Positions 37,898 to 47,276 of a stretch of 64,000 nt of DNA are shown in pieces; the first letter of the stretch is position 1; every line of letters starts with the position of its first letter. Made by a program: the position numbers and the translations under genes. Location of the stretch: positions 124,001-188,000 of the IMG/VR virus record IMGVR_UViG_3300043411_001777. One strand, 5' to 3'. A model generated the notes under the pieces. The model saw nothing but the letters and a program-made list of their open reading frames with translations, made no database searches and was not told where the DNA came from.

Positions 37898-38731
37898 TTA
37901 GGTGTTAATTGCACCCAAGGCACTTAGAGCCGCAGAACCAAAGTTACCAGCACCTTGTCCAAGAGAGGCTAGGGCCTGGTTTGCATACCGGATGGAGCCC
38001 TTCTGACCAACGGTCGGGTCGTTACCGGAAGCGATGAACTCACCATAGGCACTTGCGAAATCATGAACATCAGTCATAACAAGCTGACCAGACTCCATAA
38101 TCGCTGCGGAATCCTTTGAGAAGGTCACTTCATACGAAGTGAACCAGCAAGCCTCATACAGGGTAACAATGGCACTGTGCCCACGGTTTGCACCGGGACG
38201 GCTCTTACCGTCATTTGTCACTTGAGGGAAGGTTGCGACCTTAATACCACCGTCAAACTGGCCTGGCGTTCCACCTTGGCCGTTGTTGTAGCCAACGTTT
38301 GCACCGTCAAGGTCAAAGTCCGCTAGGGAGCTAAACACGATTTGCTGCTCGATATCGAACGGCCAACGGTGGTGAGCGATAGAACGAACAGCACCGTCAA
38401 CACCCGCGGCATAACCCGTTGCCTGCCAGAGGTTGCACAGATAAAGCATCGCCCGCTCACAACTTCCGGTGTAGTCCGTAACACCGACAACCTGCTCAGC
38501 GATCTTATCGCCAAACCCGATTCCTCGAATCGTCTCCTGCTGGCGAGACTGCGAAGGGCTGAAGGTGCTCATCGCACCCATTTGATGGAGAGAGGTGCTA
38601 TCCCCATAGTGCGGAGTAAGGATCTTCACCTTCTGCGAAATCGCCACGCGAGTTTCCGGAGAAGCGCCTCGATCATAAATTGGGGAAGTCCCGCCGACTC
38701 CGCCCTGTGGGTTCCTATCCTGATTTGGCAT
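37898..38731 (-). CDS. Major tail tube protein
   Basis: 277 aa directly after the sheath. Tube-like motifs: GAMSTFSPSQSR...IRGIGFGD.IAEQV.G, HHRWPFDIEQ, VTLYEACWFTSYEVTFSKD...IMES. Confidence 0.8.
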   Translation of the reverse strand: MPNQDRNPQGGVGGTSPIYDRGASPETRVAISQKVKILTPHYGDSTSLHQMGAMSTFSPSQSRQQETIRGIGFGDKIAEQVVGVTDYTGSCERAMLYLCNLWQATGYAAGVDGAVRSIAHHRWPFDIEQQIVFSSLADFDLDGANVGYNNGQGGTPGQFDGGIKVATFPQVTNDGKSRPGANRGHSAIVTLYEACWFTSYEVTFSKDSAAIMESGQLVMTDVHDFASAYGEFIASGNDPTVGQKGSIRYANQALASLGQGAGNFGSAALSALGAINT

Positions 38732-38839
38732 TTTGAATTCTCCGTTTGTGTTTCAACTACAAAGCCGCTGAAACAGGCTTTTTGAGCTAATTCTAGGGGT
38801 CCACCCCTCTAATATCTGCCACTCTATAGACTAATTACA

Positions 38840-38877
38840 TTCTCGGTTCCCGGCTGAATTCAACCGGGAACCGAGAA
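38840..38877. other. Long inverted repeat/hairpin between the sheath and tube genes
   Basis: TTCTCGGTTCCCGG-CTGAATTCAA-CCGGGAACCGAGAA: perfect 14-bp arms with a palindromic loop core (TGAATTCA). No U-tract on either strand. Confidence 0.85.
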
Positions 38878-38885
38878 CACCCTTG

Positions 38886-41800
38886 TTACAGGCGGCTTCT
38901 GATCGCGAGCACGACTCGAACGTATAGGAGGGGGAACACGGGGGCAAAAAATGCAGAAACCACAACCCTTGTTGGATCAACGGGGTCAACGGTTGCCTTG
39001 ATTCCCGTGTATGCCACGATGATTTGAGCCTGCACGAGACCCTTCAATAGGGCCGCGATTTCGCCTTCAATCTGGGGCAGAATTCCGGGAAGGAACTTGA
39101 CACCGATGAACCTATCCAAGACCGAACGAATGCGCTTCTGCACATCATCAGCGATGAGCTGAATCTCGGGCAAGGTCTTAAGCTTCTCGTCCCGATTCTG
39201 GTGAGTCGTCCAAGCGTCACGGACCCGAATGAAGGGCGAGCGCTCTTCCAACACAACCATTCCGGACTGTGCGAGATTATTCATCTCGGGCACTGTTAGC
39301 CGACGAGGAAGCCGACTAAACCCACGAAGCCTACGCCCAACCCAAGGTGTTGCTACGTCCACCTGAGGTGCCGTCACCGAACCCACCAGAGCCGCAGCTA
39401 CGTAGTAGCCGTCCAAGAAATGCTCACGCTGGGCACCCTGTGCATCCTCCAACACGATTGTCGCAGAATCTGGGTACACCACCCGCATACGGGGGTCGTT
39501 CAGCGTACGAGCCGAAATCATGGCCCTGTCAGGGGTCATGCCGGCGCTGTAGCCGATAATGGAGGTCCGCTCCGACTCATACCGAGGGGACGACATCTTG
39601 GCGTTGCTACGCTGTAGCAGCGTGAACAACGTATCGCTGTCTCCACGAAGAGGAGTGATAATGTCAGGGTTGGTATTGCCTGCAAGAGGCCCTTCCAACT
39701 CATCCAATGCCGCACGATACGAGGTAAGCGAAGCTTGCTGCGAGCCCGTCTCACGAGGAACTTGCTTAAGTCCGATGACCACCGCACCGTTCACGAAGGC
39801 CAAGTAAGCCGCCAGCGAAAGCGGGTTGTCCGGAGAAAGAGCACCGAAGGCCCTTTCCACGGCTGCCTGCTTGGAGTAGAACTTCGTCTTGAAGTCCTCC
39901 TTCGTGTAGCTGTAGGACACGTAGTAGAGATCCCCAACCGAAGGCTCGGACCCACCACGCTCATGCGTGGTGACAAGAGCCGTATCTCCGATAGTGGTAT
40001 TGGCCGTATTTGCCACCTTCAATTCGACACCACCAAGAGCCCGATGAGGGATATTGGCATTTGTCAAAAATGACGTGGAGACCGTAAACCGGAACGTGGC
40101 GTTACCGCCCGTTGGGTAAGCCTGCCATGGGCCCGAAGGATTAGCATTGAACCCACGAGGAAGAACCGTAAACGTCAAGCCTGTGACCGAGTCACGGTAG
40201 GTCTGACCAACAATACCATCCTGCCCGGTTCCATTGTTCAGCACCGACTCGTTGATAGAACCCGAACCGTCAGGATTCGAGCTGACCACGAAGAACCCGT
40301 CAAGAGCAGCCTCGCCAACCGCACCATCCCCATCCTCTGCAAAGAGGCCCGTATTGTAGGAAAGAACGCTGTCCGTGACAACGCTTCCAACCGTGGGGTC
40401 CTTGATAAGGACGATAGATGCCGCCCCAATTCCGCTAGCCGTCTCACCCAAGCTCTGAATGTGGAGGTACTCATTACCCGCATCGTCTGCCAAAACATCG
40501 GCCAATGCCAAAGTGGCAAAGGTCTCGTTTGGTGAGGCGTTCTCCGCACCGAAGTCGAAAGCCCAAGAGGCAAAAGTCGTGTGCCGATACTCGTTCAAGG
40601 CCGAAGCCAGCACGCGAGCATCAACCAGAACCCGCTGGCCCGCCGCACCTTCAGTGAAGCCCAACTTGGTGTTTGCCACACCGTTACCGATGACCACAGT
40701 CCCAGCAACCGTGGACTCGCCACTAACTAGGCGGATTCCAGCACCTTCCTGGACGACATAACCGGCTGCAAAAACTGCCGCCGCGTTTGCGCCGAAAGGA
40801 GAGCCCGCAATCCCTGCCATAGCATCGATGATCTGATCAATCACCGACCCATTGGAGGTTCCAGCGGCCGGGCCCAGAGGAGTTGCCGTGCCCGTGTCCG
40901 TAGACGTAAAGTTTACGGTGACTGCCGTCCCATCCAAGGTGAACTTGAAGGTGTCGTTGGCAGCTTGGGTCCCCGAACCATCATAGAAAGTGACCAGCGG
41001 CTGAGCATTGGAATTCATCCCACCAGCGAAGCCCACCTCTCCTAGGAGAGACGCCTTCTGGACAACAGCGCCAGCACCACCCATACCAAAGTCATTGACT
41101 GTCAAACCAGCCTTGGTGTTGCCCGAACCCGCGCGAACAACCAAAGCCATCTGGTCGAGTGCGTTCTGAGGGTGGATAGAACCACTTCCAAAAGCGTTCG
41201 GGACAATACGGTTACGGAGCATGAGCCGATCATAGGGCTTATTGCTCGTCCCAGACATAGTCTTTTCGTAAGACTTTGCGATGGGACCCTGGATCAAAAT
41301 GGTCTGCCCAGCACCGAAGGTTGCTGCTGTGTCCAAACCTGCGAGGACACAGAAATCGACCGCTTCCGAAGCTCCCGTAAGGAACTGGAGAGCACCCGCG
41401 CTATCTACACCCGGAAGACGAACACTGAACTCCAAGCGCCCGTCGGCGTCGGCCACACAGTAAATCTTAAGTCCTGCGAGGGTTACGTCCCCACCAATTG
41501 CTGTTGCAACACTGGTGTCAATTGCGGACTGAACCTGAGCTGCCAACAGCGCCGCAGTTGCGAACGGACCGTTTCCGAGGTCAACAGTGTCACTGTAGGA
41601 GTGACCACTATCTCCCGTAAACTGTAGCTTCAGCTTGTCGTGCTTATTGACGGCCAGCGTAGTAGACCCGTTGAACTTCGTAGCACCCTTCAACACCGCA
41701 AGGGTGTCTGGATTGTAGATGCGATACTCGTCCGCAGAAGTAACAGCACCGCCGTCCCAAGCGGCTACGGTTGCCACTCCAGTGGAGGCGACATAATCCG

Positions 41801-44510
41801 TAACGGTACGAACCTGGCCCGCCGATGCCCGTAGCGCGAGAGCGATACGAATTGCGTTGCTGGAGGTCACCGTTGTTGGGTGTCCAGACAAGGTCACAAC
41901 AGCAAGGGTACCACCGCCATTTGTTGCAGTAACCGTTCCGCCATTAAGGGCTGTGTTGAACAACGCCTGAGCAGCAGCATGGTTAATTGCCGCCACCAGC
42001 GAGGTAGCATCCTGAATATCAGTGCCCGACTGGTCGAAAATTTGGCTCGCAAGGGTAGGAGCCCCAGCCGCTGTAAACACGACACCAGCAATAGTGATCG
42101 TATCTGCAACGCTGACGTTAGCAAGAGTTGCCGTTCCAATATCCGCACCCTCGCCAATTACCACCACCCAATCGTTGTAGTAATCGTCAATCCCAGTTCG
42201 AACAGCCGCCTCAAGGGTAATGGTCGTCGTGGTTCCACCAGCCGCCGTTCCCTGGTGCCCGTTAGCAGCCTCATTCAAAGCGTCAACGAACACACCGATG
42301 TCAACACCGTTCTGGGCTTCAACCCGAGCAGTAATCTCGACCCCGTCTACATTGAGGTTGACTTCCTCAGTTGCCGTCAAGGAGTACGACTGACCTACCG
42401 TCGAACCGGTTCCACCTGTATAGGCAATCTCATCGGAGACGAGAACCGCAGGGAAACCTCCACCGTGAGTCGTGGGGTTGGAGAGATCCAAACCACCGAC
42501 ACCAGCAAGAAGCTCTTCCGAGTCCACCACAACCCGGAACTTATCCGACTGCCCCTCAATGATTTCGTAGGGGCCAGAACCAGGGAAGGTGTAACGGGCG
42601 GGCGAAGCATCACGCGCCGCAAACTGCACTGTCACAACTTCTGCAACCGGGCCCGTAAAGTCCGCACCCGAGACACCCTCAAAATGCACGTCCGGGGTTA
42701 GTTCCGAACCACTGGGAAACTCCAACGTCACATTGGTGAGGGAGGAACCCTTCGTTGCCGTCGAGAAAGCAGCTCCGTAAAGCAGCTCCCCATCACTGTC
42801 CGCAATGGTGTACCGACCAGTTCCAGAAGCCCCCACCGCCGTAACAGCTAGGGTGAACTCCCCGTCGCCAAGCTCATTGTAGTAGAAGCTGGCATAGACG
42901 GTTGCGCCGACAGCCACTTCTTCGGCCAGGGTGATTGTGGAACCCTCAACCGAGATAACGTCCACCGGACCGCGCACAAGCGCATCCTGCACACCAAATC
43001 CCCAGTATGCCTTGACAACATCGGGACGGTTTGCAGGCACGTCGATACGATCATTTGCGACCGTCTGGAACAGACTGGAGCCCAATTCCGTTGCCCGACC
43101 ATTTCCAAGAGTCGGCGTGAACGGGAGCAAGAATGCTGTCTTGCTCGCCACACTGCGCCCACTGCTAGAGGTGGTGGTTGCCGTGCAAGGCGTCAAATAG
43201 GTGCGGCTATCGATGAGGGTAGCCGTGATTTGCTGGCTGCCAAACTCAACCGAGCTTGTAGAAGCAGACTCATCCGCGTCTACAACAACACCCGTACCCC
43301 AAACGATCTTGTCGTCGCGCAGGATGAAATCCGCGCCCTGGATATAGTCACTCGACCCGGGGACTGTACCCACCCGCTCAACAGAGGTAATTCCGTAGTT
43401 GGCGAGGTAATCAAACGTATCCTGCCACGTGTTGTGGTAATACGTGATCTTGACACTAGCCCCAACAGCCGGGGCGACTGCAAGGGTAACCGCACGAGTT
43501 GCACCGTCCACGGACTCAACCGTGACCGTGACATTGTCAACCTTAGCCAAAACCTTCGTGGGGTCCGTAGTGGTCAGACCGCCATTAGAACCATCAACGA
43601 TAGGACCGTTGAACGTGTAGAATGTCCGACGACGAGTATCCCCCTGCCCGAAGGCGAACCCAAGGAGTGCATTAGCACTTCCGGAACCCACCGACAAGCT
43701 CTGGTCTGCCTGCAAAAGCAAAGCTGACTTACCGAAGTTGTTGACAAAAGTGGAAGCCTCTAGTGTTCCAGCAGAGGCACTCGACAACACCAGGGCAACC
43801 TCCGCCATCGTGTAATCAGCACGCTCGGGGATTTCAATGTCAAACTCAACCCCGTCAACAGTGATCGTAAAGACGTTGTTGTTTTCCACAACAACGTTGT
43901 CATCCACGTCAAGCTGGTCGGCGTAAAAGTCTAAAGTCTCCGTGCCAGAAACGTCTTCGTCGGAAATGCCGCTCTGAGCCCGAACCTTTGCATTCTCAGG
44001 CGAGACCTGAGCAGAGACATCATCCGTCTGGAGAGTGTCTTTGCGGTTGAAGAAGTAGGTGCACCGCACCAAATCCGTCGATAGGATCGCCTGGGCCAAC
44101 TCAACAACACCCGTCGCACCAGCAACGGAGCGAACGATAACCGGGTCGCCATTGACGGTGACCTTAACATTCTCCGCCGCATTCGTGGTAACCCCACGAC
44201 CATTCCCCGTCACGATTGGGAAATTCGTTACCCGGAATTTGGTAGCTGTGCCATTCCAATTCCCAAGCGTCAACTGACCGGTCCCAGCAGCAACCGCAAG
44301 AACCGCGTGCCCAGTCTGGTCCTCACCCACAACCTGTTGGTCGACAGAGGAAGAAGACCCGCGAACGACTTCAAGGTCACGCTGGCTCAGCGTCTCCGAG
44401 CCCTCACCGATAAAAACAGGCAACTTGAGCGCATCGAGGGCACCGCTAATCGGGTTCTCGAAATTGGTCTCAGTCTTTACACCTGGGGATTCGTACACTT
44501 CATTCGCCAT
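38886..44510 (-). CDS. Contractile tail sheath protein with multiple inserted domains
   Basis: 1874 aa. Sheath N-terminus YESPGVKTET. Sheath C-terminal core: LSLAAYLAFVNGA, ERTSIIG, DPRMRVVYPD, SGMVVLEE...IRVRDAWTT, IADDVQKRIRSVLDRFIG, VSAFFAPVFPLLYVRV. Confidence 0.9.
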   Translation of the reverse strand: MANEVYESPGVKTETNFENPISGALDALKLPVFIGEGSETLSQRDLEVVRGSSSSVDQQVVGEDQTGHAVLAVAAGTGQLTLGNWNGTATKFRVTNFPIVTGNGRGVTTNAAENVKVTVNGDPVIVRSVAGATGVVELAQAILSTDLVRCTYFFNRKDTLQTDDVSAQVSPENAKVRAQSGISDEDVSGTETLDFYADQLDVDDNVVVENNNVFTITVDGVEFDIEIPERADYTMAEVALVLSSASAGTLEASTFVNNFGKSALLLQADQSLSVGSGSANALLGFAFGQGDTRRRTFYTFNGPIVDGSNGGLTTTDPTKVLAKVDNVTVTVESVDGATRAVTLAVAPAVGASVKITYYHNTWQDTFDYLANYGITSVERVGTVPGSSDYIQGADFILRDDKIVWGTGVVVDADESASTSSVEFGSQQITATLIDSRTYLTPCTATTTSSSGRSVASKTAFLLPFTPTLGNGRATELGSSLFQTVANDRIDVPANRPDVVKAYWGFGVQDALVRGPVDVISVEGSTITLAEEVAVGATVYASFYYNELGDGEFTLAVTAVGASGTGRYTIADSDGELLYGAAFSTATKGSSLTNVTLEFPSGSELTPDVHFEGVSGADFTGPVAEVVTVQFAARDASPARYTFPGSGPYEIIEGQSDKFRVVVDSEELLAGVGGLDLSNPTTHGGGFPAVLVSDEIAYTGGTGSTVGQSYSLTATEEVNLNVDGVEITARVEAQNGVDIGVFVDALNEAANGHQGTAAGGTTTTITLEAAVRTGIDDYYNDWVVVIGEGADIGTATLANVSVADTITIAGVVFTAAGAPTLASQIFDQSGTDIQDATSLVAAINHAAAQALFNTALNGGTVTATNGGGTLAVVTLSGHPTTVTSSNAIRIALALRASAGQVRTVTDYVASTGVATVAAWDGGAVTSADEYRIYNPDTLAVLKGATKFNGSTTLAVNKHDKLKLQFTGDSGHSYSDTVDLGNGPFATAALLAAQVQSAIDTSVATAIGGDVTLAGLKIYCVADADGRLEFSVRLPGVDSAGALQFLTGASEAVDFCVLAGLDTAATFGAGQTILIQGPIAKSYEKTMSGTSNKPYDRLMLRNRIVPNAFGSGSIHPQNALDQMALVVRAGSGNTKAGLTVNDFGMGGAGAVVQKASLLGEVGFAGGMNSNAQPLVTFYDGSGTQAANDTFKFTLDGTAVTVNFTSTDTGTATPLGPAAGTSNGSVIDQIIDAMAGIAGSPFGANAAAVFAAGYVVQEGAGIRLVSGESTVAGTVVIGNGVANTKLGFTEGAAGQRVLVDARVLASALNEYRHTTFASWAFDFGAENASPNETFATLALADVLADDAGNEYLHIQSLGETASGIGAASIVLIKDPTVGSVVTDSVLSYNTGLFAEDGDGAVGEAALDGFFVVSSNPDGSGSINESVLNNGTGQDGIVGQTYRDSVTGLTFTVLPRGFNANPSGPWQAYPTGGNATFRFTVSTSFLTNANIPHRALGGVELKVANTANTTIGDTALVTTHERGGSEPSVGDLYYVSYSYTKEDFKTKFYSKQAAVERAFGALSPDNPLSLAAYLAFVNGAVVIGLKQVPRETGSQQASLTSYRAALDELEGPLAGNTNPDIITPLRGDSDTLFTLLQRSNAKMSSPRYESERTSIIGYSAGMTPDRAMISARTLNDPRMRVVYPDSATIVLEDAQGAQREHFLDGYYVAAALVGSVTAPQVDVATPWVGRRLRGFSRLPRRLTVPEMNNLAQSGMVVLEERSPFIRVRDAWTTHQNRDEKLKTLPEIQLIADDVQKRIRSVLDRFIGVKFLPGILPQIEGEIAALLKGLVQAQIIVAYTGIKATVDPVDPTRVVVSAFFAPVFPLLYVRVVLAIRSRL
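41823..42134 (-). repeat. Shared ~105-aa module, copy 1 (inside the tail sheath)
   Basis: TATLANVSVADTITIAGVVFTAAGA...GTDIQDATSLVAAINHAAAQAL...TATNGGGTLAVVTL; matches copies 2 and 3. Confidence 0.9.
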
Positions 44511-44531
44511 GATCCCACCTCTGAAGGAAAC

Positions 44532-44954
44532 TTAGGGCTCTCTACGTTTTATCTGACTCATAGCCAGAGAATTGACACGATCCTTAATAGGCATTTCATG
44601 CGACTGCATAATCCGATAGGAACCGTCCGCTGATTTAGCTAAATCCTCTTTTGTCTTTCCTGGGTTTCCACGCAGAATACGTTGCTTCTCCACGTTCCTC
44701 TTTTCGATGGTTTCCCATCCCTGTTCACTAGAACGACCAATAACACGATCAATGTGTGTGTCTAAATCGTGTATCCCGGTGTTCTGAGGGCCTGCCCCTT
44801 TAACCGCTTGGTTAAACACCCCTGAAATCGTATCCGGCATAAGAGGTTCCAGGACGGTTTTACAGCTTGGGCAGGGCTTACTGCGTGCTGAGATAGGAGC
44901 AGCCTTTTCCCACTTAACTCCACATGCTTCACATTTGTAATTGTAGACTGGCAT
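44532..44954 (-). CDS. FmdB-family zinc-ribbon protein
   Basis: The N-terminus MPVYNYKCEACG...PCPSCK is the FmdB/CxxC_CxxC_SSSS zinc-ribbon signature. Confidence 0.8.
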   Translation of the reverse strand: MPVYNYKCEACGVKWEKAAPISARSKPCPSCKTVLEPLMPDTISGVFNQAVKGAGPQNTGIHDLDTHIDRVIGRSSEQGWETIEKRNVEKQRILRGNPGKTKEDLAKSADGSYRIMQSHEMPIKDRVNSLAMSQIKRREP

Positions 44955-44962
44955 TTCGCACC

Positions 44963-46165
44963 TTACCGGAGCATTTCAAAGGTTCCGGTCCGCCCAGACC
45001 AGAATGGATCTTCCCACGTCTCTAGCCCCAATGCTTCTAAAGCCTGAAGACGGCCTTCTGAATAAGCATATGCAGCAAGCTGGTCGTCATTCAGACCTGC
45101 AATCTGAGCCATTTCTAGCGCAGTATGCCACCCAGCAGAACGGATGTATTTGTCTAGAGGGACGTGGAGGGACCAATGTGCCTCTACACTAACTGACACC
45201 GCCGACACGTAAAGATAGTCGTCTCCAGCCTCATCGTACACTTCTTCAGACTCACCAGAGAACTGCACGTCTATAATGTTGAGACCTTGTGCTGCCAATT
45301 CAGACCGGCGCACTGCCCACAAGTACATCGTGGTTTCATCGGCTAGTACGGACCTATCATGTAAGTCCGTGGACGTGATATCCAGATCCAAATTGATCTG
45401 CCACAACCCACCAAACTCCAAAGCCGTTGGTTGTCGGACAGAAGACACCACAACAGCGGCTTGATCTCCTACCTCAATCTTTCTGCCAAAAGCCAGCACC
45501 ACACCCGGCAATGCTTGATTATTGGCATTCATGGGGTAAAGCTTGATCGGGTCCGTCGTCCCAGCGAAATACCGGTAATCGGCTTCCAAATATCGATTCG
45601 CAGGTAATGCCTCGGCAAGGGTAACCCTCCCAGTTGGCTTACCTTGCCCATCCTTCTCGATAGTGTAGTTCACTCCTTCGTAGAGGAGAAACCGCGCCGG
45701 CATCTCATACAGCCGCAATGAGCCCGCATGAGGAGCCTGGGCAAGCTGAACTTCCAGTACATCAGGAATCAAAGGTTCCGCGTATACGTCATAGAATTTG
45801 TCTATCACGTACTCATCATCACTGATTACCTCAATGTAATAGGCGCCTGGAGGTGTGGGGAAAGCACCGTCATTGTTTTGGATGGCTCTAGCGTCTTCGC
45901 GAACCCATTCCAAAAAAACACCCGGCTTGTTCCGTATCTTAGTGGCCTGGCAATAGGAGTAGATGACCCCAAGGTAATTGTCCGCACTCAGATCAACCCG
46001 TGATCCACCAGACACACGGACGATAATTGAAGACTGTGGCCGCGTATCAAACCGATAGGAGCCAGAAATGACCAAACGATCCCTGAAATTGGGATCATGA
46101 GACCAATAGCGCCTCAACTCTTCGATTATGCGCCTTTTTACGGCCTCTGTTAGCTGGAAGTACAA
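44963..46165 (-). CDS. Putative tail completion/terminator-like protein
   Basis: 400 aa with a TTG start. C-terminal GGLWQINLDLDITSTDLHDRSVLADETTMYLW...IIDVQFSGESEEVYD is terminator-like. It lies upstream of the sheath. Confidence 0.5.
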   Translation of the reverse strand: MYFQLTEAVKRRIIEELRRYWSHDPNFRDRLVISGSYRFDTRPQSSIIVRVSGGSRVDLSADNYLGVIYSYCQATKIRNKPGVFLEWVREDARAIQNNDGAFPTPPGAYYIEVISDDEYVIDKFYDVYAEPLIPDVLEVQLAQAPHAGSLRLYEMPARFLLYEGVNYTIEKDGQGKPTGRVTLAEALPANRYLEADYRYFAGTTDPIKLYPMNANNQALPGVVLAFGRKIEVGDQAAVVVSSVRQPTALEFGGLWQINLDLDITSTDLHDRSVLADETTMYLWAVRRSELAAQGLNIIDVQFSGESEEVYDEAGDDYLYVSAVSVSVEAHWSLHVPLDKYIRSAGWHTALEMAQIAGLNDDQLAAYAYSEGRLQALEALGLETWEDPFWSGRTGTFEMLR

Positions 46166-46205
46166 ATCGAGTTATCCCTCTCCCTTCCAAGGGGATAACT
46201 CGATT
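46165..46205 (-). promoter_or_regulatory. 14-bp hairpin overlapping the ribosome-binding region and TTG start of the downstream gene
   Basis: Minus strand reads AATCGAGTTATCCC-CTTGGAAGGGAGA-GGGATAACTCGATT. The last T is the first base of the TTG start. The hairpin begins 2 nt after the stop of the 53-aa ORF. Confidence 0.7.
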
Positions 46206-46207
46206 AT

Positions 46208-46369
46208 TCAAGAGGCCTTGCTCTTCCGCTTCTTAGGCTCTTGAGCGGGCTCCCCCACCACTTCGGGTGCTGGCTGTGTCTTAGGGCGTAGAGGTGCCCC
46301 CTTAACGTCTTCGGCTGCCACAACAGGCCGGGTCAACTGATCTGCCTTACGATGCTTACGAACTTTCAT
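46208..46369 (-). CDS. Small basic Pro-rich protein, 53 aa (missed by the ORF track)
   Basis: MKVRKHRKADQLTRPVVAAEDVKGAPLRPKTQPAPEVVGEPAQEPKKRKSKAS. ATGA overlap with the upstream stop and AAGGGG 8 nt upstream. Confidence 0.65.
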   Translation of the reverse strand: MKVRKHRKADQLTRPVVAAEDVKGAPLRPKTQPAPEVVGEPAQEPKKRKSKAS

Positions 46370-46998
46370 TTCCTGAGCCCCTTTTTAACGGACGCGTGTA
46401 TCTGAGCTATCAGCTCATTCCTTACTAACTGAAATATACGCTGTTTAGCTTTGGCAATCGCTCGTGGCAGAAAGGTGAACTTAGCGATCCCCGGGTGAAT
46501 CCAGGCATCCGACATCTTCATCGGCGCTGAGCGAAAAATGATTTGACCATTCCGACCCTTAAGTGGGACGATCAAAGGCAGGCGATTACCCCGCCCAATA
46601 CGCCCCCGTCTTCGTTCGGAGGGTGTTATCCGATAACGTTCAGGGTGCTGCTTCTTAGCCTCTTGTGTGAGCCAAGGCATTTTCCTGGAAGGAATGTTGC
46701 TTTTCGTCAACTGTACAATCCCCCAGAAATTGGATTTGATGGTGACCGTCCGCTCTCCAGTAATCTCATACCAGAATGCCTTATTCAAAGCGAGAGGGCG
46801 CTTTATCGGCTTTGTGGGGTCAGCGCCTTCCCGAGGCGCACGCTTTAGTGACCACCCGCGTTTAGCGAAGTCAGCTTTGATCTCCGCAATCAGAGTGCTA
46901 ATCAACACCTTGCCTATACGGTGTAACAGCTCATCCCCAAGGTCAATGTCTAACTTACCTGACCACTGGCCCGCATAAACCGAGCGGAGGGTGCTCAC
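46366..46998 (-). CDS. Basic neck/head-tail connector-like protein (HK97 gp10-like position)
   Basis: Probable start is the GTG at 46998 (GTGA overlap, GAAGGA upstream); 210 aa. C-terminal WIHPGIAKFTFLPRAIAKAKQRI resembles HK97 gp10-like C-termini. Confidence 0.45.
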   Translation of the reverse strand: MSTLRSVYAGQWSGKLDIDLGDELLHRIGKVLISTLIAEIKADFAKRGWSLKRAPREGADPTKPIKRPLALNKAFWYEITGERTVTIKSNFWGIVQLTKSNIPSRKMPWLTQEAKKQHPERYRITPSERRRGRIGRGNRLPLIVPLKGRNGQIIFRSAPMKMSDAWIHPGIAKFTFLPRAIAKAKQRIFQLVRNELIAQIHASVKKGLRK

Positions 46999-47276
46999 CC
47001 ATGGTCCTTCTGCCACGTTGGCATAGCTTTTTTGGTGATCTGCATGCAATATGCAGAGTTGTACTTGCCATGGATCTTTTGCACCATCTCAAACAAAGCC
47101 TCACCCGGAGAATCACCCTCTCCTGAAAAGGAGCTATGGGTTCCATGCGTGCCGAAAGCGGCAAACCACCGCCCATTCTTAAACTCAAACGTGGTCCCGC
47201 CCAAAATGCTAGTATCGTAAGGAACCCCAGCTCGTCGGGCCATAAAGGCATTTGCCACTTTTACTGCCATTTTCAT
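46995..47276 (-). CDS. Hypothetical protein
   Basis: 93 aa, coupled by overlaps on both sides. Confidence 0.55.
   Translation of the reverse strand: MKMAVKVANAFMARRAGVPYDTSILGGTTFEFKNGRWFAAFGTHGTHSSFSGEGDSPGEALFEMVQKIHGKYNSAYCMQITKKAMPTWQKDHG

Noticed and set aside
41880-42701. 273-aa plus-strand ORF, and similar ones at 3940-4524, 19257-19847, 23071-23652, 50194-50763 and 52754-53428
   Set aside because: These lie fully antisense to well-supported genes and have no recognisable motifs; they are shadow ORFs.
11706-46165. Extracellular contractile injection system or T6SS instead of a phage
   Set aside because: The neck/head-closure-like genes, thyX, MazG-like gene and helicase, and the absence of Afp15/ClpV-type ATPase or membrane-complex genes, fit a phage better.
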